A stretch of DNA of 51,168 bases from Pyrinomonadaceae bacterium (GCA_035526805.1 DATLBQ010000040.1:1-51168); one strand, 5' to 3'. Shown: positions 36,403-46,402, counted from the first letter of the stretch. Numbers and translations: made by a program. Notes: generated from the sequence alone by a model not told the origin.

Positions 36403-36520
36403 TTAGCCGCGGATTAACGCGGATTCACGCGGATACGGAAACCGCGTAAACGTTTTGAGACTGCTGCGCTGTCGTTCGTATGAATCTTATCCGCGCAAAT
36501 CCGCGTTAATCCGCGGCTAA
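36403..36520. repeat. family C palindrome
   Basis: ttagccgcggattaacgcggattcacgcggata versus tatccgcgcaaatccgcgttaatccgcggctaa, between convergent stops. Confidence 0.8.
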
Positions 36521-36532
36521 TTAATTGAAACA

Positions 36533-37735
36533 CTATTGGCCCGGCGAAGCGGCTGCTGCGGGTGGCTTGTTGAATTTGGTCTCATCCACCGGCACGTTCA
36601 CTTTGATTTCAGTAAACGTCCGCGTCGAACTAAAAAATGAATCGATGGAAGTGACGCGAATTGTAAACGGCAACTTCATACCATCGACGTCGCGATAGTC
36701 TTCATAGTCGACTTGCTCAGGAATTAGTCCCACAACCGTAGTAGTAGACGTAATCCTGCGCAGCAGCAATCCAGTCTGCGCATCGAAGTAGAGGCGCTCG
36801 CCACGTCCGTCTATGCCCAACCCTCTCAAAACGTAAACGTCTTTTCCGTCTATCTTGTCCGTGCCGCCAAAACTCAGGCGTGTGAACTGTTTCTGCAGTT
36901 TGATGTCTTTGAAAAGATCCGGATAACGCTTTAACTGGACTACCTCGATGCCTTCGAGCTCGCGAAGTCCGCGTGCGCTTTTTTCCCAGGCGCTCGTGCC
37001 GTTGAAACCTCTTTCAATGACACCTTGTTTGGGCGTGTTCAAGACGCTGTAAATTTTGTCAGGGGCTATTTGGTAGACCTCATATCCAAGCGAGATGCCA
37101 TTCGAAGTACGCCAGGTTCCCTTCATGGATCGCGTTTTCAGTTTTTCTATTGCGGCACTGCCGCCCAGCGCCTCGGTGTATTTAGCCAGGATCTGATCTG
37201 CGGTGGGTGGCGTTGGCTTGGGAGTGGCCGGGGTATCAGCGCTTTCGGCAAAAGGCGTCGGCGCGGCAATCGGCAATTGCGGAACGCGAATCGGCTCGTT
37301 CCTGCCGCGATGACACGTAAAACAACCGACTGCGGGAGTACCCTTGAAGTTGCCTTTATTAATACCCTGCACCATCTTGATCATTTCGCGCGCAGTGGCT
37401 TTTTCCGGTTTCTCATCAGAAGGAAAGTCCCACTTGCCTTCCTTGTTTACGTGACAGTAGGTGCACTTAACGCCCAGGGAAGAGCCGATGTAATTCATCA
37501 CCGGAATTAGTTGTGACTGCGGCAGGCCGTTCAAGACTTGAATATTTTTTTGGACTTGTTCTACCGTTTTCTCCGCCGCCACGGCTGGAACAGCGGGCGC
37601 TGTTTGCTGTGTCGATTGCAAGGTCCATCCAGCGTTAACTGACGACACAATGCTAACGGTCGACACACATAGCAGCGACACACAAAAGATGAGCACGCGG
37701 AGAGGCGTTGGGTGTATAGCGATCCTATTCTTCAT
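36533..37735 (-). CDS. secreted dihaem c-type cytochrome (reaction-centre cytochrome c-like N domain) fused to a LolA-like beta domain
   Basis: 400 aa with a signal peptide. Two CxxCH sites (CTYCH, CFTCH). The context NIQVLNGLP...MNYIGSSLGV is typical of the CytoC_RC family. Confidence 0.8.
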   Translation of the reverse strand: MKNRIAIHPTPLRVLIFCVSLLCVSTVSIVSSVNAGWTLQSTQQTAPAVPAVAAEKTVEQVQKNIQVLNGLPQSQLIPVMNYIGSSLGVKCTYCHVNKEGKWDFPSDEKPEKATAREMIKMVQGINKGNFKGTPAVGCFTCHRGRNEPIRVPQLPIAAPTPFAESADTPATPKPTPPTADQILAKYTEALGGSAAIEKLKTRSMKGTWRTSNGISLGYEVYQIAPDKIYSVLNTPKQGVIERGFNGTSAWEKSARGLRELEGIEVVQLKRYPDLFKDIKLQKQFTRLSFGGTDKIDGKDVYVLRGLGIDGRGERLYFDAQTGLLLRRITSTTTVVGLIPEQVDYEDYRDVDGMKLPFTIRVTSIDSFFSSTRTFTEIKVNVPVDETKFNKPPAAAASPGQ

Positions 37736-37787
37736 GCGAGCCTTTCAGGTAAACAATGTTACGAAAATTTAAGTTTGAGTAGTGGCT

Positions 37788-37930
37788 TAATTTGATTTCG
37801 TCTTTTTCGACCAGACACAAGTGAACCACGAAATCACACGAAAACTTTCGAACAAAATAAGCCGTGAAGGTTTCGTGTGTGTTAGTGGTTAATGATTCTG
37901 TCTGGTAGAAAAGGACACGAAATCAAATTA
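37788..37930. repeat. word hairpin (CACGAAA/TTCGTG words), about 140 bp
   Basis: taatttgatttcgtc...accacgaaatcacacgaaaac versus ggtttcgtgtgtgttagtggt...gacacgaaatcaaatta. Confidence 0.75.
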
Positions 37931-37957
37931 CGATACTGGCAGATTCCAAGGCGAGAA

Positions 37958-39322
37958 CTATGACGCGTCGCCAACAGTTCGCGCCGGTTTGGCCTTCCGT
38001 TGCGCGGTGTTGGTCTCCGCTGGCGGTTTGTGCGGCATGAGCGCTTCCACCGTCTTATATATCTGTAGATACATTTGCGTCTCGCGCGGAATCAATGTTT
38101 TCCACGAGGCGCCTCCGCGACGGATATAGAGTGGCAAGCGAGCGGCGTTTGAATTGTAACCAGCGGCTAACAATTCGGTCTGCGTCGCCAGTTTTGCGCT
38201 TAGCGCATACTGCACATCTTCATTTGCCGCTAGATCGTTCCAGGTATCCTGCATGTATAAGAGCATCGCCTGAAGCGCGTTTGCATGATTGCGCATGCCG
38301 ACCACGAAGTCGGGCACGAGGCCTACGCCGGGGTGCCGCTGCCTCACCAGGTTATAGGCCCAGGGAATCATTTGCACCATGCCGCCGGCACCGGCTGAAC
38401 TTACCGAATACCGATAAGTGTCGGGTTCGTTCAAAGCGAAAAGAGAATAAATTTCATCGAACAAAGCCACCCGGTTTTCCGATCGGAAGCGTTCATGATC
38501 CACATGTTCTACTAAACAAAGACGCTCGGCCACTGCAATAATTTCCGGCGAAATGAAGGCTCCTTTTTCGCGCAAGCGCTTCGCGGCTAGATCAAGCATC
38601 CGGTGTATATACGCGCGACCGGACCGCGACAAGTCAGGCGAAAGCAATGCAGGATGCGCTGAAGTGTAGTAAGCCATCTCGCGAAATACGCCGCGCTTCT
38701 CGATAGGAAATTCAACTACCAGCGGCACGAGCGATTGGCCCTCGGTATCGAAGATTGCGACCGCCGTATTCACGCCGTTTGCACGTAACACGCGGACATT
38801 CAAAGTTGTCCCCAGCGAGCTCGGCGCTGTGAACTCGGATCCTTTTGTCAGAAATGTTTCTTTATAAACTGTGACCAGATGGATGCGAGAACTATTACGA
38901 TCCAGAGCGGCAAGTGTAACCAAATCTATCGCCGGTGAAGTTTTGGCGGTCTGCATGGGACGCGACTTTAAAAGCCGCTCAGCTTCGGAGATTCGCGATT
39001 GGATCTGAGACGGTGACAGAACTCGCGGACCGGCAGCCAGAGGGTCGCCCCGCCGTTCGGTGGCCGCTGGGCCAGCCACGTCAGGCCGGCTGTCTGGCTT
39101 GGCGCCAATAACCACCCCATGCGTGGTCGGCTCTTCAACATCGTCAGAGTTCAGTTCAGGCTTTGGACTCGGAGTCGCGGCCGGAGGCGGAGTGCGCTGC
39201 GGCGAAACTACTCGAGGCCGCGATTCTGTACCTGACGAAGGATTTTTGGTTTCAGGCGTTTGCGCTTGCGCGCCAGAGAACGAAATGACTAACAATAAAG
39301 ATACGAGGGAAATTCTTTTCAT
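37958..39322 (-). CDS. secreted lytic transglycosylase (SLT domain)-like protein with Pro-rich N-terminal region
   Basis: Signal peptide MKRISLVSLLLVISFSGAQAQ (an alternative GTG start lies at 39349). SLT-like block E...YSVSSAGAGGMVQMIPWAY. The function call is moderate. Confidence 0.65.
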   Translation of the reverse strand: MKRISLVSLLLVISFSGAQAQTPETKNPSSGTESRPRVVSPQRTPPPAATPSPKPELNSDDVEEPTTHGVVIGAKPDSRPDVAGPAATERRGDPLAAGPRVLSPSQIQSRISEAERLLKSRPMQTAKTSPAIDLVTLAALDRNSSRIHLVTVYKETFLTKGSEFTAPSSLGTTLNVRVLRANGVNTAVAIFDTEGQSLVPLVVEFPIEKRGVFREMAYYTSAHPALLSPDLSRSGRAYIHRMLDLAAKRLREKGAFISPEIIAVAERLCLVEHVDHERFRSENRVALFDEIYSLFALNEPDTYRYSVSSAGAGGMVQMIPWAYNLVRQRHPGVGLVPDFVVGMRNHANALQAMLLYMQDTWNDLAANEDVQYALSAKLATQTELLAAGYNSNAARLPLYIRRGGASWKTLIPRETQMYLQIYKTVEALMPHKPPAETNTAQRKAKPARTVGDAS

Positions 39323-39534
39323 AGGCAATACCGAGCTGCTGTACAACACTTGTCGGGAGGGACAAGTGCCGCTTAGATTCGCCGATGCCCGTCGCGGTTG
39401 TCAATAACTTTTCTGCGCCGATCGCATGTCGTGGCAAAAGCACTCGCCCCCGAAAGTCGCCATCTCGGGAGCGATGAATTCCACGAATAAGCCGCCGCCG
39501 ATGATTGGATGCAGGTAGCCAACCAGCCGATCTG

Positions 39535-39638
39535 TTCGTGTAGTTTCTGGATTTTCGTGTTCCTTCGTGGTCAGGATTGGTTTAGCGTGGAAAACGTAAC
39601 CACGAGACTACACGAAAAAAGACTAACCCTACACGAAG
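39535..39638. repeat. word hairpin, same CACGAA vocabulary as 37788-37930
   Basis: ttcgtgtag...ttcgtgttccttcgtggt versus accacgagactacacgaa...ctacacgaag. Confidence 0.7.
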
Positions 39639-39688
39639 AATTTTTGCTTAGTCGTAGCCCCCGAATGTCTCGGAAACAGCGACTCGGA

Positions 39689-39720
39689 CTTGAAACTTGA
39701 AACTTGAAACTCAAAACTCA
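39689..39720. repeat. tandem heptamer CTTGAAA x4 (solo arm)
   Basis: cttgaaacttgaaacttgaaactcaaaactca, abutting the glycosylase stop codon. Confidence 0.7.
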
Positions 39721-40602
39721 CTCGCCGTCGAGCCAGTCGCGAGTCACGTCACACCAAAGCGCCAGGCCACGCCACTCATTGAAGCGCGAGTAATAGCGAG
39801 CAATTTTCTTATCTGTGGTCTGGCGTCCATTATTTCGTATCGCAAAAAATCTCGCCCGCGTCCAGGAATCGAGTGCCAGCCCATCATAACGACCAAGGAG
39901 TTTGAGCAGGTTCTCGGCGGCATAAGGTCCGACGCCTTTGACGCCTCTCATCTCCTTGACTAAATCGCTGGTGTTCAGCGGGCTCTGGAACCATCCCTCG
40001 ACGTCAAGCGCGCCGGCAGCGACGCGATCGGCCAGTTCCTTTAGATATTCCGAACGATAGCCCGCGCGCACCTCGTTTACATAAAACTTCACAGGCATGA
40101 GGGCCATCGCTTCGGGAGTGGGAAACGTGCGGCTCCCCTTAGTCGATTCGCGTCCAAGATTTTGAACGAGCCCGGTCACCATCTTTTCCGTGAGTGCCCA
40201 GGAGCAATTGGTGGTGCAAATCATTTTTACCAGATCCTCAAACACCGTCGGCGACCGCAGCAGACGGCCTGCTCCCTGTGCCGCAATCCAATTAAAGTCG
40301 TTGTCGTCGGCTATTAATCGATAAAATTCCTCCATGTTGTCGTCCAGCCGCATCATGTGACGAACATCAGCAATTACTTTTATTGTCGCCGCGTGGCTTA
40401 GCCGACGAGAGGCATCGATTACCAGCGCTCCTTTGGTCGCCCGAATCGAGATGGTTACCGGACTGGCGCCGTTGAGATCGAGCGTTCGAGTTAATCGCCA
40501 CTTTTCTCGGTCGATTGCAAACGGCAACAATTGACACCAGCCGTGACTGATAACTGTTCGCTTAAAACTGAATTCGCGCGGGACCGGTATGGTGATTTCC
40601 AT
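39718..40602 (-). CDS. HhH-GPD superfamily DNA glycosylase (AlkA/Ogg-like)
   Basis: Start at MEITIPVPREF. HhH-GPD block MRGVKGVGPYAAENLLKLLGRYDGLALDSW with the catalytic Asp. Confidence 0.75.
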   Translation of the reverse strand: MEITIPVPREFSFKRTVISHGWCQLLPFAIDREKWRLTRTLDLNGASPVTISIRATKGALVIDASRRLSHAATIKVIADVRHMMRLDDNMEEFYRLIADDNDFNWIAAQGAGRLLRSPTVFEDLVKMICTTNCSWALTEKMVTGLVQNLGRESTKGSRTFPTPEAMALMPVKFYVNEVRAGYRSEYLKELADRVAAGALDVEGWFQSPLNTSDLVKEMRGVKGVGPYAAENLLKLLGRYDGLALDSWTRARFFAIRNNGRQTTDKKIARYYSRFNEWRGLALWCDVTRDWLDGE

Positions 40603-41127
40603 GATTACCGCAGAACGTAACAAAAAGAGTCTAACAAGTGACGAAATATGGCAGCCCAAGATTATGTGTTGCGGAATCCGGGCGCAAACGCCGAGTCGCA
40701 ACCGGTCCGAATCGCTCGTGACAAAAATTTTAGATTTGATTCTCCAGGATCATTCACTGCTAAAGGAACAATTCATAGCGCCAACTCATAAAAATTGGCG
40801 AGATTATTGTCTAAGGATCGTCTTGTACGCTTCGGCTACAGTCAAGCTGCACCTTGACAGCGAAACGACCTGAAGTCTAGACTGGCAGCACGTTGAAAAC
40901 AGAATAAGGAAGGCTGTTCTGATCAGCCCCTGACACTTGGGGAAACGGTCAGTTGTAGAGTCCGACACTGGACTCTCTACAGTATTTCGGTGAACGTACG
41001 CACCGCTTCCGACGATAATCGAATCCGGAGCTTTCCGGTTCATGCCCCACTTGGCCCAACAACAAACCCTGTGGGGCATTGTCGTATCCAGGAGCTGGTG
41101 TCTGCCGTCGTTCTAAGAGTCTGAGAT

Positions 41128-41197
41128 TTTTCATTTCTCATTTTCCATTACTCATTTGTCGTCGGATCTGCGTTTATCCGCCTAAATCTGCGGCTAA
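41128..41197. repeat. two adjacent solo arms (TCATTTn words, then a family C-like arm)
   Basis: tttttcatttctcattttccattactcatttg followed by ggatctgcgtttatccgcctaaatctgcggctaa. Confidence 0.55.
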
Positions 41198-41198
41198 T

Positions 41199-42422
41199 TT
41201 ACCGCACATAGATCGGATTCGAGATAATCCACGGCTGATCGCCTACCGGCTTTGGAAGTTGCGGCAAATAAACTTCGACGCGATAACTTCCCTTCTCTCG
41301 TGCCCCAAATTCCAAGTGATTGGTTCCACTAACGTTCTGGATCTGCCCGCCGTCTTTTAGCAAGACAATACGGGCCGGAACGGGAACGCTGACCGTCAAG
41401 TTAATCTGATTCTGGAGCGTTATCTCGTCACCCATGACTTTCTTTTCGTCTTCATCGCCGGCGGTGAACCGAAAGCCCGTTGAGTCTCCGAAAAGATCGA
41501 ACCCAATAAAGCAGTGTCCCGCTGCTATCGCTGCCAGCAACGTTTGTTCGTCCAACAGCGTGTGCTGAAAAGGAGCAGCCAGAACATGCAGACGGACCAA
41601 GCGAAAACTTCGTTCATATGGATCGAGTTTGAAGCCAACCAGCGTTTTGCCCGAAGAGTCGTTCAGACCCATTCCAACGTTCGCATGCGCATCATTCCCG
41701 GCCGTCGCCGCCACCCTGGTTCCTTTCTGATTGATTAGTTCGTCCCACTTTCGTAGATCGTCAGCAGGTCTGCGGTAGAAGTTGGCAAACAAGAGATCAG
41801 GATAGCTTCGATAAGACCAAAGGGCGTCGAAGAACATCACCAGCGGATTAATTCGTCGGGCATTTGTGTAAACGTTATAGACTTCGATCGCGTCGTAGCC
41901 AGTGGCCTCCCAGCTATGGAACTCCGCCGGATAAGCTATTAACTCCAGGCCGCTCGTCCCCTGAGCCCGTCGCGATAAAACTTCCGAGGTTGTCCGTTCG
42001 CCATCGGACCCGGCTTGTTCATCACCCGGGACAAGCAGCAGCCGATCTCCATTAGATGTTCTGACCTCATTGCCGTTGATGAATAGAACACCCCCATGCT
42101 CGCCCTTAAGTGTCATGGCAGCGGTGTTGAAGTCCCTGGCGGTGTGCTCGGTCATCACTACGAAATTAAGTTGATTGGATTGGGCAGCGGCAATGATCTC
42201 TTCAAAGTTGCCGGCGCTGTGGCCACCAAGAAATGAGTGGACATGCGTGACACCTTTGAACTCGACAAAACCGGCGTTGTCGTTGACTGCAGTATGCTGT
42301 GAGTTGAGCAGTTGTATGGCCGCGCGAAGGCGGCCCAACTTATAACGACGATAGGCAAAGGGAACCTGCGTCAGCAGCGCAAGTGAGAGCAATAGCAGTA
42401 GGAGCTTTTTCCAGCGCTTCAT
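41199..42422 (-). CDS. PHP-domain (CehA/McbA-like) metallohydrolase, secreted or anchored
   Basis: Signal MKRWKKLLLLLLSLALL (an alternative ATG lies at 42449). PHP motif GVTHVHSFLGGHS...VVMTEHT, later GNDAH. Confidence 0.75.
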   Translation of the reverse strand: MKRWKKLLLLLLSLALLTQVPFAYRRYKLGRLRAAIQLLNSQHTAVNDNAGFVEFKGVTHVHSFLGGHSAGNFEEIIAAAQSNQLNFVVMTEHTARDFNTAAMTLKGEHGGVLFINGNEVRTSNGDRLLLVPGDEQAGSDGERTTSEVLSRRAQGTSGLELIAYPAEFHSWEATGYDAIEVYNVYTNARRINPLVMFFDALWSYRSYPDLLFANFYRRPADDLRKWDELINQKGTRVAATAGNDAHANVGMGLNDSSGKTLVGFKLDPYERSFRLVRLHVLAAPFQHTLLDEQTLLAAIAAGHCFIGFDLFGDSTGFRFTAGDEDEKKVMGDEITLQNQINLTVSVPVPARIVLLKDGGQIQNVSGTNHLEFGAREKGSYRVEVYLPQLPKPVGDQPWIISNPIYVR

Positions 42423-42432
42423 AACGGAGCAA

Positions 42433-42723
42433 TCAGCTCTCGAAATCAACCGAGGCCACCTGGTCGCTAATGGTGGTTCCGAATGCTGCGACCTTTATGT
42501 GTTCCGGATGAATGGTGTAAGCGTCGAGCGCCGCTCGATCCCTGAAAATAGCAACCAGACCGGTATCGAAGGAGCGCGGCAACTTTACGACATCGAAGCC
42601 GACCGCCAAACTCTCGATCTGTTTGATTACCGATGCCAATCTTTGCAACAGCCGCACGTGTTCGCGACGAACTTCGGGATCCACGTCTGTTCGGTATTTC
42701 CAAATCACAATATGTGTAAGCAT
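42433..42723 (-). CDS. Dabb (stress-responsive A/B barrel) family protein
   Basis: 96 aa. Motifs MLTHIVIWKY, FDTGLVAIFRDRAALDAYTIHPEH. Confidence 0.85.
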   Translation of the reverse strand: MLTHIVIWKYRTDVDPEVRREHVRLLQRLASVIKQIESLAVGFDVVKLPRSFDTGLVAIFRDRAALDAYTIHPEHIKVAAFGTTISDQVASVDFES

Positions 42724-42729
42724 AAAATT

Positions 42730-42824
42730 AAAGTGAAAAGTGAAAGGTGAAAAGTGGAAAGATAACTCAAGCCTCGGTTAGATTTTTCATTCTTACTTTT
42801 CACTTTTCACCTTTCACTTTTCAC
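42730..42824. repeat. word hairpin (GTGAAAA words)
   Basis: aaagtgaaaagtgaaaggtgaaaagtggaaag versus cttacttttcacttttcacctttcacttttcac. The right arm abuts the SRPBCC stop codon. Confidence 0.8.
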
Positions 42825-43270
42825 TGTCCTTCGCACCAACGCCGCGTTACTTCGTGACGATGATTAAAAAGCTTTTCTAGTCGACCGGTAATCAGTGTCG
42901 GTGCGAGTGCGCGGCCGACAAAACCCAGCGGCGGTTCGTAATCTATTTCATCACGCAGCACGGCTCCCTCTGGATGCGGCTCAATAATATGGCGATGACG
43001 CCAACTACGAAGCGGCCCCTTCAGCTGCACGTCTTCAAACAGGTGCGGCGGATCGTAGACGGTGTGTTGTGCAATCCAACGCGCCGTGAACGGTCCAAAG
43101 ATTCTTGTTTCGATGATCGCCTGAGCGCCGACTTCTGAAATCTTCGCTGGCTGCACCACGCGCGCCTTTTCCCAGGGCGGAATGAGCAGGTTCAAAACAT
43201 CCGTTTGTTCATGAAAAGAAAAAACGCGCTCGGGACTGGCTCGGATAATGCTCTCTTTTACAAATCGCAC
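42821..43270 (-). CDS. SRPBCC (START/cyclase-dehydrase-like) family protein
   Basis: 149 aa with the size and pattern (SPERVFSFHEQ..., WRHRH) of the polyketide-cyclase/SRPBCC fold. It lies 16 nt downstream of the S9 peptidase gene. Confidence 0.7.
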   Translation of the reverse strand: MRFVKESIIRASPERVFSFHEQTDVLNLLIPPWEKARVVQPAKISEVGAQAIIETRIFGPFTARWIAQHTVYDPPHLFEDVQLKGPLRSWRHRHIIEPHPEGAVLRDEIDYEPPLGFVGRALAPTLITGRLEKLFNHRHEVTRRWCEGQ

Positions 43271-43286
43271 TTTGACTCTTGGAGTG

Positions 43287-45482
43287 CTACTTCAGAAACC
43301 GATCAAACCAGCCGAGCGTGCGTTCCAAAGCGTCCACCCGGTGCTTCGGCTCACGCAGCCCATGCCCTTCTCGCGGATAACGCACCAGCATGCTTTCAAC
43401 TCCGCGACGTTTCAACGCGGTGTACATTTCTTCCGCTTGCGTTATGTGCACATCGTTGTCCTGTTCGCCATGAATGAACAACGTCGGCGTCTGCGCCTGC
43501 TTCACGTATTTTAGTGGCGACCACTGCCACAGCAGATCGTAATTGTCCCACGGAAAGCCGCCAAACTCGGCGTGGATTAAATCCTGATACAGCGACGTGG
43601 AATAGAAGCTAATGAGATTGCTGAGACTCGCGACTGAGACCGCGGCTTTGAAGCGTGGCGTCTGCGTGATGATCCAGTTGGTCATGAAGCCGCCATACGA
43701 TCCGCCAGTGACGCCCATGCGGTTCTGATCAATCCAGGGATATTTGCGCAGCGCTTCATCAACACCAATCATCAAATCTTTGTAGTCGCCGCCGCCCCAC
43801 TCGTTCAATGTGCCGTCGCTAAACTTTTGTCCATAGCCACTCGACCCGCGCGGATTCAAGTAGAGCACGGCGTAACCGCGGGCCGCATAAACTTGAAAGG
43901 TCGGGTTGAAAGCCCAGCCCGACATGCCATGAGGTCCACCATGAACGCTGAGAATCAGCGGATACTTGCGGTCCTCGCGCCAGGCTACAGGCCTGATTAG
44001 CCAACCTTCAACCGGCGTCCCATCAAAGCTCTTGAAAGTGAAGTGCTGTGGTGGACTCACGGTCCAACTGCGCGCCACAGCTTCGGTATGATTAGTAAGT
44101 CGGCGCAGTCGATCATTTCCAGGTCCGGTGGCAATTCTGCCCAGCCAAACTTCCGCTGGCGAATCAGAATCGCTAAGCGTCAACGCGAGATAAGCAGTTC
44201 GGGTGCGACTGACGAAAATGCTAAAGCCACTAACTTGAATTTCACCGCGTCGTGGTTCCGGCAGTTCAAATGACTGCACCGGAAGCTGCGGAAAAAAGTA
44301 ATAGTCAAACAAATGAATAGGGGCGTTGTCCCCCGTTACGTTGACGCTATAAATGACACTTTGGCCGGCGTTTCCCGCCAAAAACAAAACCGCTTTTCCC
44401 AGCGGTGACCACTGTGGATCGCGCGCTCGTCTATCCAGTTTGCCGGAAAGTTCCCGCCCGGTGCCGCCGGCTGCATTAATTACCCAAACGTGCGCATCCT
44501 CAGCGATGCTGTCGATCGTTGTCACCTCGCGTTTGGTTGCGATGTAAGCGATCCACTTACCGTCCGGGGACCACGCCGGTTCGTATTCACATCCTGTGGT
44601 CGCAGTGATCTGGCGCACCTGGCCAAGCAAATCAACTGCGAAGATGTCGGAATTATTATTCGCATCGGGATCGGCTTCGTGATTGGAGACGAAAGCGATT
44701 TCGTCGCCACCGGGGCTAAAGTTGATTGCATGATCGTAGAAGTATCCGGAGGTAAGTTGCCGGGGCTCCGGTTTATCGATAGTAGTAATCCAAACGTGAG
44801 TGCGTCGCTTATCGGAAAAAGAGGTGCGCGATTTGTATTGAATTCGATCAATCACACGCGGATCGTCACGGTTCGTAAAACTCTCAGGAACTTCCGTTAT
44901 TTCTTCAGTCGCGGAGACGTAGGCGATTCTTTTCGAGTCCGGGGCCCAGGCCAGCGATTCACCCGCGTAAGTTATGAAGAAGTTTGTATCCTGAACCTCG
45001 GCGACGAAACGCGGCTGCCGATTATCCAAATTGACGACCCAAATCCCTCGGCGAGCGCTGCGATCGCTCAGAAAAGCTATCTTCGAACTGTCTGGCGCCC
45101 AGCGCGGATTGGAGCCGGTCCAATCGGAAGCAAGCAAGGGCCCCGATGCAGACCTTTCGTCGGAACGATGTGGGGCTGTTTGCGGCAAGGTGCTGGTGGG
45201 TATGTTCGGTACGTCCTCGAGATTTGCGACACTGAAACCCAGGGGCATTAGCCAGAGAGTGCTTTTAATGCCGTTGCCTTCGACAGTTGAGACTGTATAA
45301 ATCACCCACTGGCCATTTGGTGAGATTTGCGCATCGCTGACGCTCGCAATTCGCAGAATGTCACCCGGTGACATCGTTGCCGGCCGTCGCGTTTGACATT
45401 CAGCTGAGGGCGACGCTAAAAAAATTGCCGCCGTGCTGATGGAAAGGAAAATACCCCGTCGCCATGCGTTGTGTTTCAGCAT
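43287..45482 (-). CDS. S9 family serine peptidase (acylaminoacyl/prolyl oligopeptidase type) with N-terminal TolB-like beta-propeller
   Basis: 731 aa with a signal peptide. Repeated PxWSPDG(K/S)xIA(F/Y) blades. Catalytic GGSYGGFM, GEQDNDV, EGHGL. Confidence 0.9.
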   Translation of the reverse strand: MLKHNAWRRGIFLSISTAAIFLASPSAECQTRRPATMSPGDILRIASVSDAQISPNGQWVIYTVSTVEGNGIKSTLWLMPLGFSVANLEDVPNIPTSTLPQTAPHRSDERSASGPLLASDWTGSNPRWAPDSSKIAFLSDRSARRGIWVVNLDNRQPRFVAEVQDTNFFITYAGESLAWAPDSKRIAYVSATEEITEVPESFTNRDDPRVIDRIQYKSRTSFSDKRRTHVWITTIDKPEPRQLTSGYFYDHAINFSPGGDEIAFVSNHEADPDANNNSDIFAVDLLGQVRQITATTGCEYEPAWSPDGKWIAYIATKREVTTIDSIAEDAHVWVINAAGGTGRELSGKLDRRARDPQWSPLGKAVLFLAGNAGQSVIYSVNVTGDNAPIHLFDYYFFPQLPVQSFELPEPRRGEIQVSGFSIFVSRTRTAYLALTLSDSDSPAEVWLGRIATGPGNDRLRRLTNHTEAVARSWTVSPPQHFTFKSFDGTPVEGWLIRPVAWREDRKYPLILSVHGGPHGMSGWAFNPTFQVYAARGYAVLYLNPRGSSGYGQKFSDGTLNEWGGGDYKDLMIGVDEALRKYPWIDQNRMGVTGGSYGGFMTNWIITQTPRFKAAVSVASLSNLISFYSTSLYQDLIHAEFGGFPWDNYDLLWQWSPLKYVKQAQTPTLFIHGEQDNDVHITQAEEMYTALKRRGVESMLVRYPREGHGLREPKHRVDALERTLGWFDRFLK

Positions 45483-45676
45483 TCGTAGTTGATTTACCGG
45501 GTTGTCACGGTGGAAGATCAGTTTCCTATCAAGCTTTAGGAAATTTGAAATTGTAGTAATGGTGCCGCGAAGCGCAGCAACCCTGGCCTAAGTTACATAA
45601 CCGCTTCGCGGTAACAGCAAGTCCAAAATTGATCAAAGCTCCTTCAGTTCGTCGCGGCGCGTCGACAAGTTGAAGC

Positions 45677-46333
45677 TTATCGGACATCAAACTGATCTCT
45701 ACGTTCTCTATTGCGGGCTGGAAGTTGGTTTGATCGGGGTTTCACCGGGGGTTGAACTGTTGGTTGGGCTTTAGGCTCAATTTTAGGTTGGGGCTCCTCA
45801 ACCTTGATGCTGGTGCGAATCATGTCCCAGGCCGGCGCAGCTTTGACGAGCGCTTTGTCTGGCCCAAGGAAAGTCAAAACTACCAGTCGCTGTCCCACGA
45901 CCGCAGAATGAATTTCGGCTACTCCCGGTACACCATCAAGCGATGCGCGAATTTTGACGCCGTCGGACTTAACAGTCCCTATCTCCGTCGATGTGGGCGC
46001 ACTTTCAGGACGAGCGCCTGCCTCTTCAAAGGATTTTGTAGTCGAGGCAATGTACTTATCAACCAGTACGCGCTTCGCCTCGGCCAATCTTTCCGGAGTA
46101 GTTAGCGGAGCGCGAAACACAAAAACCGTGATCTGGGCATCGCTATCTGTTCGTCCAAAGGTCATCTGCTGCGCGTCTGTATTGCTGGTGTCGTTGAACG
46201 CCCAGGCTGAAGGATAACTAAAGCTCAGGCCATCCTTGGTGAACTGCTTCGCGTCGGCCGGTGTTTGTGCCGATGCTGACAAACCGAAAACAAGCAAACA
46301 AGCAAACAAACAATAGTTGATGGATAATTTCAT
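45677..46333 (-). CDS. secreted hypothetical protein with Pro/Lys-rich C-terminal tail
   Basis: 218 aa. Signal peptide ending SASAQT. No named motif. Confidence 0.65.
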   Translation of the reverse strand: MKLSINYCLFACLLVFGLSASAQTPADAKQFTKDGLSFSYPSAWAFNDTSNTDAQQMTFGRTDSDAQITVFVFRAPLTTPERLAEAKRVLVDKYIASTTKSFEEAGARPESAPTSTEIGTVKSDGVKIRASLDGVPGVAEIHSAVVGQRLVVLTFLGPDKALVKAAPAWDMIRTSIKVEEPQPKIEPKAQPTVQPPVKPRSNQLPARNRERRDQFDVR

Positions 46334-46402
46334 ATTGTCCTCCCGACAGGAATATTCACGAATCTAGATCAAGCATCCGCCGATTACGCAGATTTCTCAG
46401 AT

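Noticed and set aside
40804-41079. 91-aa minus-strand ORF in the 40.7-41.2 kb spacer
   Set aside because: It has a Cys/Arg/Ser-rich composition, no SD sequence, and it overlaps strong RNA-like stems. It is more likely non-coding.
44490-45251. 253-aa ORF on the plus strand
   Set aside because: It lies entirely antisense within the S9 peptidase gene, whose motifs (GGSYGG, propeller blades) are unambiguous. Its Arg/Gly/Ser-rich composition is typical of a shadow ORF in GC-rich DNA.
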